Below are positions 50,247-60,769 of a DNA stretch of 64,000 bases, piece after piece; the first letter of the stretch is position 1, and the number at the start of each line of letters is the position of its first letter. The translations under genes and the position numbers were made by a program. A model generated the notes under the pieces. It did no database searches, was not told where the DNA came from, and saw nothing but the letters and a program-made list of their open reading frames with translations. The stretch is from an uncultured Chloroflexia bacterium (lineage in GTDB: Bacteria > Chloroflexota > Limnocylindria > Limnocylindrales > CSP1-4), in contig CAWEYL010000001.1 of assembly GCA_963813335.1 (NCBI GenBank), positions 768,001 to 832,000 of the forward strand, in the 5' to 3' direction.

Positions 50247-51389
50247 CGCCGACCCCCGTGACCTTCACCTCCCCGACGGCGCCCAGCACCTACTCGTGGG
50301 AGGCGACCGACGACGAGGTCGCCGAGCGCTACGGCGTCGAGCGCGACTCGATCGTGCGCTTCGACCTCAACACCTCCCCCGCCCCGCCCGAGCTCGCGGC
50401 GCGGATCCTCGCGGCCGGGCGCTTCGACACCAGCATCTCGGAGTACCCGCCGTCCGACTATCGCCGCCTCGTGGCCGCTGCGGCCGCGCGCTACGGCGTG
50501 ACGCCGGCGGAGCTCCTGGTCGGCGCCGGAGCCGACGAGATCCTCGACCTCATCGCCAAGGCCTTCCTCCGGCCCGGCGATCGCGCGGTCGTCCCGGTCC
50601 CCACGTACACGATGTACCGCGTGCTCACCGAGCAGCGCGGCGCCGAGGTGGTCGCCGTGCCGCGGCGCGGTCGGGCCGACGGCTGGGCGCTCGATCCGGA
50701 TGCCGTCCGCGCGGCCGCGGCGACCGCCGCCGTCGTCTGGCTGTGCAGCCCGAACAACCCGACCGCGCTCCCCGAGCCCGACGGCGCCATCGAGCGCCTG
50801 CTGGCCGGGCTCAGCGCCGACGCGATGCGCGACGGCCGCCAGCCCCCGATCGTCGTCCTCGACGAGGCGTATGCGGAGTTCGTCGGGCGCTCGCTCCTCG
50901 CTCTCCGCGCGGCATACCCGAACCTGATCGTGGTTCGCACCGCCAGCAAGGCCTACGCGCTCGCCGGCCTCCGCGTCGGCTTCGCCATCGCCCAGCCCGG
51001 AGATCATCGGCCGGCTCAATCCATACCGGCCGCCGGGCTCGGTCTCCACGGTGTCGGTCACGGTCGTCGCCGCCGCGCTGGCGGACGACACCGTCCTCGA
51101 CGCGAACCTCGAGCGGGTCCGCGTCGAGCGCGACCGCCTCACGACCGCCCTGCTGGCGGCCGGCTGGGCCGTCGGCCCATCGGTGACCAACTTCATCCTC
51201 GTCGACCTCGGCTCGCCGGAGCGGGCCGCGGCGACCACGGAGGGCCTGCTGCGCCGCGGCCTCGTCCCGCGGACCTTCCCCGCCGGCCACCCGCTCGCCG
51301 GCCACCTCCGGCTCACGGTCCGGGCCGCGCACGAGAACGACCGGATCATCGCGGCCGCCAACGAGATCGCCAGGGAGACCAGCGCATGA
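50243..51389 (+). CDS. hisC: histidinol-phosphate aminotransferase; frameshift near 50995
   Basis: [36 protein letters not shown]. Confidence 0.94.
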
Positions 51390-52012
51390 CGACGCCGCTC
51401 GGCGAGCTGACCATCGGGCCCCGCGAGGACCGTCGGGTGACGGTCGCGCGCACGACCAACGAGACGGACATCACCGTCACGCTCGGGCTCGACGGGTCCG
51501 GCCACGCCGCCATCGACACGGGCATCGGCTTCTACGACCACCTGCTGGGCTCCTTCGCCCATCACGGCCTGTTCGACCTGGCGGTCCATGCCGACGGCGA
51601 CCTGCAGGTCGACGAGCACCACACGGTCGAGGACGTCGCGCTCGTGCTCGGCGCCGCGGTGGCCGAGGCGCTCGGCGATCGAGCCGGCATCCGCCGCTTC
51701 GGCGACAGCGCCGTCCCGATGGACGAATCGCTCGCGACCGCGGTCATCGACATCGGCGGGCGCCCGTACGCGGTCATCGACCTGCCGTTCCACGGCGAGC
51801 GCGCCGGCGGGCTGCCGCTCCAGCTCGTCGAGCACGCGCTGGAGTCGTTCGCGCGGACCGCCGGGGCGACGCTCCACGTCCGCGGCAGCGGGCGCAACGA
51901 CCACCACCTCGCCGAGGCCGCGTTCAAGGCGCTCGGCCGCGCGCTGCGCGAGGCGGTCGAGCCCGACCCGCGCCGCAGCGGCGTGGCGTCGACCAAGGGC
52001 TCGCTCGGGTGA
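51386..52012 (+). CDS. hisB: imidazoleglycerol-phosphate dehydratase (monofunctional)
   Basis: [37 protein letters not shown]. Confidence 0.97.
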   Translation: MTTPLGELTIGPREDRRVTVARTTNETDITVTLGLDGSGHAAIDTGIGFYDHLLGSFAHHGLFDLAVHADGDLQVDEHHTVEDVALVLGAAVAEALGDRAGIRRFGDSAVPMDESLATAVIDIGGRPYAVIDLPFHGERAGGLPLQLVEHALESFARTAGATLHVRGSGRNDHHLAEAAFKALGRALREAVEPDPRRSGVASTKGSLG

Positions 52013-52639
52013 GCGGCGTGCCGCGGGTCGCGGTCGTCGACTACGGCGCGGGCAATCTCGTGAGCATCGACCAGGCGTTCACGACCGTCGGGGCCGCGGT
52101 CACGATCGTCCGCGACGGCGAGATGCTGCGCGATGTCGACGCGCTGGTGGTGCCCGGCGTGGGTGCCGCGGCGCCGGCGATGGCGCGCCTCGACAAGCAC
52201 GGCCTGACCCGGCCGATCGCGGCCTGGCTCGCCTCCGGACCGGCCGTTCCTCGGCATCTGCCTCGGCCTGCAGCTGCTGTTCGAGGCCAGCGACGAGGAC
52301 GGCGCCATCACCCTTGGCGCGCTGGCCGGCCGGACGGTCCGCCTCGAGGACGCCCCGACCCTCCCGCACATCGGCTGGAACCAGGTCGAGCGGACGCGCC
52401 AGCACCCGCTGTTCGACGGCATCGCCGACGGCGCCGACTTCTATTTCGTCCACTCGTATGCCGGCGAGCCGGTGGACGCCGACGCGCCGGCGGTCCTCGC
52501 CCGGACCACGCACGGGCGCCAGTTCGTGTCGGCGGTCGCGCGCGGCCCCGTGCAGGGCGTCCAGTTCCACCCCGAGCGGAGCGGCGCCGACGGCCTGCAG
52601 CTCCTCGCCAACTTCGTCGCGATGGCGCGGGCCGCCTGA
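52009..52639 (+). CDS. hisH: imidazole glycerol phosphate synthase subunit HisH; frameshift near 52235
   Basis: DYGAGNL, PGVG, GICLGLQ, PHIGWN, YFVHSY, QFHPE. Confidence 0.94.
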
Positions 52640-53421
52640 TGCTCCGCCATCGCGTGATCCCCTGCCTCGATGTCGCCGACGGGCGCGTCGTCAAGGGCAC
52701 CCGCTTCGTGGACCTCGTCGACGAGGGCGACCCGCCCGAGCTGGCCGAGCGCTATGCCGCGGAAGGCGCCGATGAGCTGGTATTCCTCGACATCACCGCG
52801 GCACCCGAGCGGCGCGGCACGCTGCTCGAGATCGTCGAGCGGACCGCGCGCCGGGCCTTCATCCCGCTCACGGTCGGCGGCGGGGTCCGGAGCGTGCACG
52901 AGATGCGCGACGTCCTGCGCGCCGGCGCCGACAAGGTCTCGCTCAACACCGCAGCCGTCGCCGAGCCGACGCTCGTCAGCCGCTGCGCGGCCCGCTTCGG
53001 CCGGCAGGCCGTGGTGGTCGCCATCGATGCGCGACGACGCCAGGGCGAGGCGCCCGCCTGGGAGGTCGTCGTGAAGGGCGGCCGCGAGACGACCGATCTC
53101 GATGCGATCGCGTGGGCCGAGCGGGTCGTCGACCTGGGCGCCGGCGAGCTGCTGGTGACCTCCATCGACCGCGACGGCACCGGCGCCGGCTTCGACACCG
53201 AGCTGCTGCGGGCGATCGCCGACCGCGTCCATGTGCCCGTGATCGCCTCCGGTGGTGCCGCCGGCCCGGCCGATTTCGTGGCCGCGATCGTCGACGGGCA
53301 CGCCGATGCCGTGCTGGCCGCCTCGATCTTTCACCGCCGGATCCACGCCATCGCCGAGGTCAAGGCCGCGATGGCGGCCGCCGGGCTGCCCGTCCGGCTC
53401 GTGCCGCAGGCCGTCGCGTGA
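52639..53421 (+). CDS. hisF: imidazole glycerol phosphate synthase subunit HisF
   Basis: [38 protein letters not shown]. Confidence 0.97.
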   Translation: MLRHRVIPCLDVADGRVVKGTRFVDLVDEGDPPELAERYAAEGADELVFLDITAAPERRGTLLEIVERTARRAFIPLTVGGGVRSVHEMRDVLRAGADKVSLNTAAVAEPTLVSRCAARFGRQAVVVAIDARRRQGEAPAWEVVVKGGRETTDLDAIAWAERVVDLGAGELLVTSIDRDGTGAGFDTELLRAIADRVHVPVIASGGAAGPADFVAAIVDGHADAVLAASIFHRRIHAIAEVKAAMAAAGLPVRLVPQAVA

Positions 53422-54098
53422 GCGTACCGATCGCCCGGGGCGCAGCCGCGCCGCAGGTCGCGTTCGGCCCGGACGGGCTCGTGCCGGCGGTCGTCCAGGA
53501 CCGCGCCGACGGCCGCGTGCTGATGCTCGCCTGGATGGACGCGGAGGCCCTCGCGGCCACGCTGGCGACGGGCGAGGTCCACTTCCACTCGCGCTCGCGC
53601 GACCGCCTGTGGCGCAAGGGCGAGACCAGCGGGAACGTGCTGCGGCTCGTGGAGGTCGCCGTGGATTGCGATGAAGACGCCCTGCTCGTGACGGTCGATC
53701 CGGTCGGCCCGACCTGCCACCGCGGGACGCGGAGCTGCTTCGACCCCGATGGGGCGCCCGCCGAGCGCTCGACGCAGGGGTTCGCCTGGCTCGAGTCGCT
53801 CTGGTCGACCATCGCCTCGCGCGCCGCTGAGCGCCCGGCCGGCTCCTACACGACATCCCTGCTTGACGGCGGCGTCGACGCCGCCGGCCGCAAGGTCACC
53901 GAAGAGGCGACCGAGGTCCTGATGGCCGCCAAGGACGACGCCGCGGCCGAGGCGTCAGGCGCCGACCGCGCGGCGACCCGCGACGCGCTCGCGGGCGAGG
54001 CGGCCGACCTCGTCTACCACGCGCTGGTGCTCCTCGCCGAGCGAGGCGTGCCACCGTCCGCGGTGGTCGAGGTACTGCGGAGCCGCCACTCGACCTGA
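53418..54098 (+). CDS. hisIE: bifunctional PR-AMP cyclohydrolase / PR-ATP diphosphatase
   Basis: [44 protein letters not shown]. Confidence 0.95.
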   Translation: MSVPIARGAAAPQVAFGPDGLVPAVVQDRADGRVLMLAWMDAEALAATLATGEVHFHSRSRDRLWRKGETSGNVLRLVEVAVDCDEDALLVTVDPVGPTCHRGTRSCFDPDGAPAERSTQGFAWLESLWSTIASRAAERPAGSYTTSLLDGGVDAAGRKVTEEATEVLMAAKDDAAAEASGADRAATRDALAGEAADLVYHALVLLAERGVPPSAVVEVLRSRHST

Positions 54099-54324
54099 AG
54101 ATGCCGGCCCCGAACTGGCACCGCCCGGAGTTCCGTCAGATGGCCACCACGCGGTCGTTGGTCAGGGCCCGTCGGTCCGGTCGCCCCGCACTGTGCGTGG
54201 CCGCCTCGGCGCCACGTGCGAGATACCGGCATCTGACGCGGTGGGCAGTCATCTGTCAGCGAGTCGGTGACGAGCGACCGCCTGGGTGACATCTGCCGGG
54301 ATCACGGAGGCAGGCGCCCGGCGG

Positions 54325-55632
54325 TCAGCCCGCGCGGCGGCCGATCTCGCGGCGGCGCTTGCCGATTCGGACGTCCAGCCACTCCCCGTCGATCGGCTCC
54401 GGGACGGTGGCCGGGTCCGAGACCCGCACCCCGTTGAGCGTCACCCCGCCGGCCGCGATCATCCGCCGCGCCTCGCCTCGCGAGGCGAAGAGCCCCGCCT
54501 CGCTCAGCAGCACGGCCACGCCCTGCGCCAGCCACACCGGGTCGAAGGTGAACCCGCCCGCCGAGGCATAGGTGTCCGCCAACGTCGCCGCGTCGACCAC
54601 CGCCTCGCCTGAGAACCGCGCCGCGGAATCGGCGATCGCCTGGTCCGCCGCCGCCTCCCCGTGGGTCCGCACCGTGATGTCCCGCGCCAGCGCGCGCTGC
54701 GCCGGCCGGCCTTCGGGGGCGCGCGCCGCCTCGGCCTCGAGCGCCTCGATCTCCTCGCGCGAGAGCTCGGTGAACCAGCGCAGATACGTGCCGACATCGC
54801 GATCGTCGGTGTTGAGCCAGTACTGATAGAAGGCGTAGGGCGAGGTGCGGGCCGGGTCCAGCCACACGGACTCGCCGCTCTCGCTCTTGCCGAACTTGGT
54901 CCCCGACGGCGAGAGCAGCAGCTTGTACGCGAGCCCGTGCGCGGGGTCTGCGGCCTCGCCGCCGTCAGCTTCCCCCGCTCCGCTGGTCCGCCGGATCAGC
55001 TCGAGTCCCGCGGTGATGTTGCCCCACTGGTCGGCGCCGCCCATCTGCAGCTCGAGGCCGATCGTCCGGTGCATGTGGGCGAAGTCGTACGACTGCAGGA
55101 GCATGTAGCTGAATTCGGTGAAGGAGAGCCCGCGATCGAGGCGCGACTGGACCGAATCCTTGGCCAGCATGTACGGCACGGTGAAATGCTTGCCGGTGTC
55201 GCGCAGGAAGTCGATCAGCGACAACTCGCCCAACCAGTCGAGGTTGTTGAGCAGGATGGCGCCCGACCCGGGCGTGAAGTCGAGGAAGCGCTCGAGCTGG
55301 ACGCGGATCGCGTCGGCGTTCGCGGCCGATGTCTCGCGGTCGAGCAGGTTGCGCTCGCTCGAGCGGCCCGACGGGTCGCCGATCATCCCGGTCCCGCCGC
55401 CCACCAGGGCGACCGGCCGGCCGCCGTGACGCTGCAGCCGCAGCAGACCGAAGATCGGGACCAGGTGCCCGACGTGGAGCGACGCCCCCGACGGGTCGAA
55501 GCCCACGTAGCCCGTGATGGATCGCCCGGTCGCCAGGCGGGCCGGCAGCCCGGGCGTGGTCGCGTGCAGGATGCCGCGCCACTCGAGGTCGGCGAGGAGG
55601 CCCTCCGGACCGGCCGCCGGGGCGTCCGTCAC
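54325..55632 (-). CDS. tyrS: tyrosine--tRNA ligase
   Basis: GFDP, HVGH, QMGGADQWGNI, KFGKS, C-terminal S4-like domain. Confidence 0.97.
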   Translation of the reverse strand: MTDAPAAGPEGLLADLEWRGILHATTPGLPARLATGRSITGYVGFDPSGASLHVGHLVPIFGLLRLQRHGGRPVALVGGGTGMIGDPSGRSSERNLLDRETSAANADAIRVQLERFLDFTPGSGAILLNNLDWLGELSLIDFLRDTGKHFTVPYMLAKDSVQSRLDRGLSFTEFSYMLLQSYDFAHMHRTIGLELQMGGADQWGNITAGLELIRRTSGAGEADGGEAADPAHGLAYKLLLSPSGTKFGKSESGESVWLDPARTSPYAFYQYWLNTDDRDVGTYLRWFTELSREEIEALEAEAARAPEGRPAQRALARDITVRTHGEAAADQAIADSAARFSGEAVVDAATLADTYASAGGFTFDPVWLAQGVAVLLSEAGLFASRGEARRMIAAGGVTLNGVRVSDPATVPEPIDGEWLDVRIGKRRREIGRRAG

Positions 55633-55715
55633 AGCGTCGAACGTCGAGCCGTCTCGACCCACCGGGAGGCGCTCGTCCGTTCGTTCACGCCCCCTATGCT
55701 ATCGTGCGGCCACAG

Positions 55716-58382
55716 ATGCAGACCAGCCTCGCGCGGCGCCAGCGCCATCGAAGAGCGCTCCAGGGCCGCCCCAAGGGGCGTCGTGGCTCGATCATCGGTC
55801 GAGTCGCCCTCGTCGTCCTCATCGTCTTCCTGAGCACCGCCGTGCTGACGGCCGGTGCTGGCCTGGTCGTTGCCGTCGGCGCGTACAACCACTACTCGGC
55901 CAACCTCCCCGACCCCGCCGCCGCCCTCCAGAACCTCGAGTTCGACCAGCAGACGCGGGTCGTCGACCGGACCGGCAAGATCGAGCTCGCCAAGCTCGGC
56001 TCGCTGCGCCGCGAGGTCGTGACCTACGACCAGATCCCAGGCGAGATGATCGACGCGACGACCTCGATCGAGGACCAGGGCTTCTGGCAGAACGCGGGCT
56101 TCGACCCGGTCGGCATCATCTCGGCCGGCGTCGACACGATCTCCGGCCGGCCGCGCGGCGCCTCGACGATCACCCAGCAGCTCGTCCGCGCGCGGCTCCT
56201 CCCCGACTGGGCGTTCGAGGGCTCGACCTACGAGCGCAAGTTCCGCGAGATCATCCAGTCCGTGCGCCTGACCCAGGAGTTCCCGGGCCAGTCGGGCAAG
56301 GAACAGATCATCACGGCCTATCTGAACCAGAACTTCTACGGCAACAACAGCTACGGCGTGAAGGCGGCGGCCCGCGGCTACTTCGGCAAGGACCTGAAGG
56401 ACCTGACGCTCGCCCAGTTCGCGATCCTTGCGGCGATCCCGCAGTCGCCGACGAAGTTCGACCTGGTCAAGAACGCCGACGAGATCTGCCGGACGACCGT
56501 GGCCGATGACGCCGACTGCCCGGCGTTCGACCTCATCGTGCCCGACACGGCCGAGGTCGTGCTGCGGCGCAATCACATCCTCGACCTGATGAAGACGAAC
56601 AGCACGCTGACCGGGACCAGGCACACCCTCTCCGAATACGACGCCGCCAAGCTGGAGCCGGTCGTGCTCAGCCTGCCCGCATCGGCGACGTGGAAGGCGC
56701 CCCAGTTCGTGTGGCAGGTCCGCCGGGCCCTGTCGGAGATCCTCTGCCCCGATACCCCCACCGACTGCCCGCAGGTGGACACGGGCGGCTACACGGTGAC
56801 GACCACGCTCGACTACAACATGCAGAAGGTCGCCGAGAAGTGGGTCTACGCAGCGGCGCGCGCTCCCAACGCGTCGGACCCGCGCGCCGTCCTGCGACAG
56901 CGCAAGATCCCGACCAGCGCCTGGAACTGGATCCTCGGCCTGCGCGGCCACAACATCAACAACGCCGCAGCGGGGGTCATCGACTACCGCACCGGCGAGG
57001 TGCTGGCGTACGTCGGCAGCGCCAGCTACACGGCGAAGGGCAACAAGAAGTTCCAGCCCCAGTTCGACGTCATGGCCGACGGGTGGCGGCAGCCGGGCTC
57101 GGCGATCAAGCCCGTCGACTACTCGATCGGGATCGATGACGGCACCCTGACGGCGGCGACCATGTTCATGGACGTCACCACGGACTTCGGCGGCGGCTTC
57201 CTCCCCATCCAGGCCGACAAGGCGGAACGCGGCCCGGTCCGGCTCCGTTCGGCGCTCCAGTTCTCGCTCAACGTGCCCGCCATCAAGGGCGCCATCATGA
57301 TCGGCCTCGATCACCTCTACGACCGGACCAAGGACCTCGGGCTGACCTACCCGAGCACGGCCGTGCCGGTCAAGTCGATGGGCATCGGCACCCTCGAGGT
57401 CCATCCGATCGACCTCCTCGGCGCGTACGGCGCGATCGCCAACAACGGCCTCAAGATGCCCCGCCAGTACATCGCCTCGGTCGAGGACTCGAGCGGTCGC
57501 ATCATCTGGCCGCTCGCCACCGAGAAGCGCCAGGGCGAGCAGGTCCTGAGCCCCGGCGCCGCCTACATCGTCACCGACATCCTGGCCGGCAACACCGACA
57601 TGAAGATCAACCCGTTCTGGGGCAAGTTCGCGATCAAGGACGGCTCCAAGCGGCGCCCCGCGGCCTACAAGACCGGCACCACCAGCGACAACCGCGACGT
57701 CGCCGCCTACGGCTACGTGGCGCCGCCCAAGGACCCGAAGGCGCCCGCTCTCGCGGTGGGCGTGTGGATGGGCAACAGCGACAACTCGCCCAACGACGGC
57801 AAGCTCTCGCTCGACACGTCCGCGCCGCTGTGGTCGGCGATCCTGACCGAGGTCAGCAAGGGCGACCCGATCGCCCAGTTCAAGCAGCCGCCCGGCCTCA
57901 AGACGGCCACCGTCGATGCCTTCACGGGCATGAAACCCGGGCCGTTCACGACGAAGACGTTCAAGGAGCTGTTCCTCCCCAAGACGATCCCGACCCAGAC
58001 CGCATCCAGCCGGATCGTGCTGGACATCGACAAGGCCAGCGGGCTGCTCTGGCGGGACGGCTGCGTCGGCCCGATGGTGACCAAGGGCTTCTTCGACATC
58101 GGCGAGGTCGATGCCGCCTACCCGTCGTGGCAGAAGGCCGACCGCAACTGGGCGTCACGCGCGGCCAGGGGCGCCGGCGTTCGCGGGACGCCGAAGGGCA
58201 CCCACACGGCGTACTTCTATGGCAGTGGCTTCTACCCGTTCGGGCGGTCGTGGGGCGCGCCCTTCGCGCCGTCCAAGAGCTGCCCGCTGGCCCCGGTCGA
58301 GCCGCCACCGGTCTGCGACCCGCTGCTCGATCCGCTGTGCACGCCGGTCGAGCCCTCGATCCCGCCGCCCCCCAACCCGTAG
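55716..58382 (+). CDS. class A penicillin-binding protein (transglycosylase/transpeptidase)
   Basis: TM anchor; IEDQGF, GASTITQQL, RKFRE, YLN; SAIK, SLN, KTGT. Confidence 0.95.
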   Translation: MQTSLARRQRHRRALQGRPKGRRGSIIGRVALVVLIVFLSTAVLTAGAGLVVAVGAYNHYSANLPDPAAALQNLEFDQQTRVVDRTGKIELAKLGSLRREVVTYDQIPGEMIDATTSIEDQGFWQNAGFDPVGIISAGVDTISGRPRGASTITQQLVRARLLPDWAFEGSTYERKFREIIQSVRLTQEFPGQSGKEQIITAYLNQNFYGNNSYGVKAAARGYFGKDLKDLTLAQFAILAAIPQSPTKFDLVKNADEICRTTVADDADCPAFDLIVPDTAEVVLRRNHILDLMKTNSTLTGTRHTLSEYDAAKLEPVVLSLPASATWKAPQFVWQVRRALSEILCPDTPTDCPQVDTGGYTVTTTLDYNMQKVAEKWVYAAARAPNASDPRAVLRQRKIPTSAWNWILGLRGHNINNAAAGVIDYRTGEVLAYVGSASYTAKGNKKFQPQFDVMADGWRQPGSAIKPVDYSIGIDDGTLTAATMFMDVTTDFGGGFLPIQADKAERGPVRLRSALQFSLNVPAIKGAIMIGLDHLYDRTKDLGLTYPSTAVPVKSMGIGTLEVHPIDLLGAYGAIANNGLKMPRQYIASVEDSSGRIIWPLATEKRQGEQVLSPGAAYIVTDILAGNTDMKINPFWGKFAIKDGSKRRPAAYKTGTTSDNRDVAAYGYVAPPKDPKAPALAVGVWMGNSDNSPNDGKLSLDTSAPLWSAILTEVSKGDPIAQFKQPPGLKTATVDAFTGMKPGPFTTKTFKELFLPKTIPTQTASSRIVLDIDKASGLLWRDGCVGPMVTKGFFDIGEVDAAYPSWQKADRNWASRAARGAGVRGTPKGTHTAYFYGSGFYPFGRSWGAPFAPSKSCPLAPVEPPPVCDPLLDPLCTPVEPSIPPPPNP

Positions 58383-58394
58383 GCGCCGACCCGG

Positions 58395-60764
58395 CTAGAG
58401 GGTGACGATCGTCGCGCCGTCGCCGCCCTCGCCGCGCTCCCCCGGCCTGACGGTGCGCACGCCCGGATGGTCGGTGGCATGGCGGCGCACGGCGTCTCGC
58501 AGCGCCCCCGTCCCGAGCCCGTGGATGATCGTGACCTGCGGCATGCCGGCGACCGCGGCGTCGTCGAGGTAGTGGGCCAGGGCGTCGAGCGCCTCGTCCA
58601 CGCGGGCGCCGCGCAGGTCGAGCGACGACGCGACGCTCCGGGCGTGCTCGAGGCGCAACGCGCCCGCGTTCGACGTCGGTGACGCTGCCTGGGCCGCGGT
58701 CGCGGACCCTGCCCCTGATGGCGACTGCGCGAGGACCAGGTCGTCCACGTCGACCGTCACGCGCAGCCCGCCGGCCTCCAGCGTCGCGCGCTGACCGCCG
58801 CGCTCCAGGGCGGCCACGCGGCCTTCCCAGCCGCCGGACACGCTGCGAGCGCGCTCGCCCACCTGCCACTGGCGCGGGACGACCACGGCGACCGCCGGTG
58901 CATCGTCCGCGGCCTCGGGCAGCTGCTCGGCGATCGCGGCCGCGCGGTCCACCGCCGAGTCGAGGCTCGCGGCCGTCACGGTCTCGCGCTCGAGGGCACG
59001 ACGGGTGTCGCGGACGGTGTCGCGCAGGGTCTCGAGGATCTGGTCGGCCTCGTTGCGGGCTGCCCGCGTCGCCTCGTCCCGCTCGCGGCGCGCCCGTCGG
59101 CGCTCCTCGTCCGCGACGCGCAGGGCGTCGGCGGCGCGCAGCTCGGCCGCGCGCGCCCGGTCGAGTGCCTCGCCCGCCTCGCCCTCCGTGGCCTTGATGG
59201 CGGCGAGCGTGGCCTCGAACGAGCGCTGCGCCTCCGACAGCCGCGACCGCGCGTCGCCGACGATCTCGGGCGGCAGGCCGAGCCGCTCGGCGATGGCGAA
59301 GGCCTGGCTCCCGCCGGGCAGGCCGATGGAGAGCCGATAGGTGGGGCTCAGCGTCTCGAGGTCGAACTCGACCGAGGCGTTGCGGGCGCCCTCCGTCGTG
59401 TGGGCGTAGGCCTTGAGCTCGGCGTAATGGGTCGTCGCGGCGATCATCGCGCCCGCATGCATGAAGTGGTCGAGCAGTGCCTGCGCGAGGGCCGAGCCCT
59501 CGGTCGGGTCCGTGCCGGCGCCGAGCTCGTCGAGCAGCACCAGCGTCCCAGGGCCGGCGGCGTCCACGATCCGGATGATCGAGCGCAGGTGCCCCGAGAA
59601 CGTCGAGAGCGACTGTGCGACCGACTGCTCGTCGCCGATGTCGGCGAAGACATCGCGCCAGACGGGCAGCCGGCTGCCGGCCGCGGCCGGGACGTGCAGC
59701 CCGGCCTGGTGCATCAGGCTGAGGAGCCCGAGGGTCCGCAGCGTGACCGTCTTGCCGCCGGTGTTCGGGCCGGTCACGACCAGCGCCCGGATCCCCTCGC
59801 CCAGGCGGATGTCGATCGGCACGACCCGCCCGGTCAGCCCCGGGTGGCGCGCCGACAGCAGGATGACGACGGGGGCGTCGGCCGGCCCGGTGTCGGTCTC
59901 CGCGCGCACGCCGTCGAGGTCCGCGGCGAGGCTCGCCTTGGCGGCCCAGAAGTCGAACCGGGCCAGGGCGTCCAGGGTGTCTCGCAGGGGCCCGGCGTTC
60001 GCCGCGACGAAGGCCGAGAGCTCGTCGAGGATGCGCGCGACCTCCTCGGCCTCCGCCACCTGCGCCTCGCGCCAGGCGTTGCCCAGCTCGACCGCGACGA
60101 GCGGCTCGATGAACAGCGTCTGGCCGCTGCCCGAGGCGTCGTGGACGATCCCCTTGACCCGCGCCCGCGCCTCGGCCTTGACCGGCACGACATAGCGGCC
60201 GTTGCGCAGGGTCACGATGGGTTCCTGGAGCGCATTGCCGAGCTCGGCGCCGACGAGCGAGTCGAGCCGGCGGCGGAGGCGGTCGTACGCGACGCGGACC
60301 GCCGAGCGCAGGCCGCCCAGGCGAGGCGACGCGGTGTCCAGCAGCTCGCCGACCGGGTCGAAGCTGCGCGCCAGCGTGCTGCGCAGCGACGGCAGGGGGT
60401 GGAGGTCGGCCGCGAGCTCGCGCAGCAGCGGACGCCGCTCCTCGGAGAGGGCCGTCGCCAGCCGGGCCGTCGCGTCGAGCGTCTCCGCCAGTTCCAGGAA
60501 CTGGCCGGGCTCCAGCCGGCCGCCGCGGGCGGCCCGCTCGATCGAGGGGCCGATGTCGCGGGCGGCGCCGATCCCGACGCCCGGACGGTCGGCGATGAGC
60601 GCCCGGGCCTGGTCGGTCTCGTCGAGACGGCGCGCCACGACCACCGGGTCCGCCGACGGTTCGAGCGCCTCGGCGAGCCCACGCGAGGGCGGGAACGAGG
60701 TGGCGTCGGCCAGGCGGTCTCGGACGAGCAGGAACTCGAGGAGCGCGATCGAGCGCTGGTCCAT
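58395..60764 (-). CDS. mutS2: endonuclease MutS2 with Smr domain
   Basis: GIVHDASGSG, TGPNTGGKT, DIGDEQS...SLSTFS, DELGAGTDP, LDLRG, IIHG.GTG. Confidence 0.96.
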   Translation of the reverse strand: MDQRSIALLEFLLVRDRLADATSFPPSRGLAEALEPSADPVVVARRLDETDQARALIADRPGVGIGAARDIGPSIERAARGGRLEPGQFLELAETLDATARLATALSEERRPLLRELAADLHPLPSLRSTLARSFDPVGELLDTASPRLGGLRSAVRVAYDRLRRRLDSLVGAELGNALQEPIVTLRNGRYVVPVKAEARARVKGIVHDASGSGQTLFIEPLVAVELGNAWREAQVAEAEEVARILDELSAFVAANAGPLRDTLDALARFDFWAAKASLAADLDGVRAETDTGPADAPVVILLSARHPGLTGRVVPIDIRLGEGIRALVVTGPNTGGKTVTLRTLGLLSLMHQAGLHVPAAAGSRLPVWRDVFADIGDEQSVAQSLSTFSGHLRSIIRIVDAAGPGTLVLLDELGAGTDPTEGSALAQALLDHFMHAGAMIAATTHYAELKAYAHTTEGARNASVEFDLETLSPTYRLSIGLPGGSQAFAIAERLGLPPEIVGDARSRLSEAQRSFEATLAAIKATEGEAGEALDRARAAELRAADALRVADEERRRARRERDEATRAARNEADQILETLRDTVRDTRRALERETVTAASLDSAVDRAAAIAEQLPEAADDAPAVAVVVPRQWQVGERARSVSGGWEGRVAALERGGQRATLEAGGLRVTVDVDDLVLAQSPSGAGSATAAQAASPTSNAGALRLEHARSVASSLDLRGARVDEALDALAHYLDDAAVAGMPQVTIIHGLGTGALRDAVRRHATDHPGVRTVRPGERGEGGDGATIVTL

Positions 60765-60769
60765 CGCGC

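Noticed and set aside
3812-52639. Frameshifts in the LLM gene, VanW, peptidase E, PhzF, ruvA, ruvC, hisD, hisC and hisH as programmed frameshifting or genome decay
   Set aside because: Scattered single-base indels, often in GC runs, in otherwise intact core genes with no shared slippery motif; best explained as long-read consensus errors
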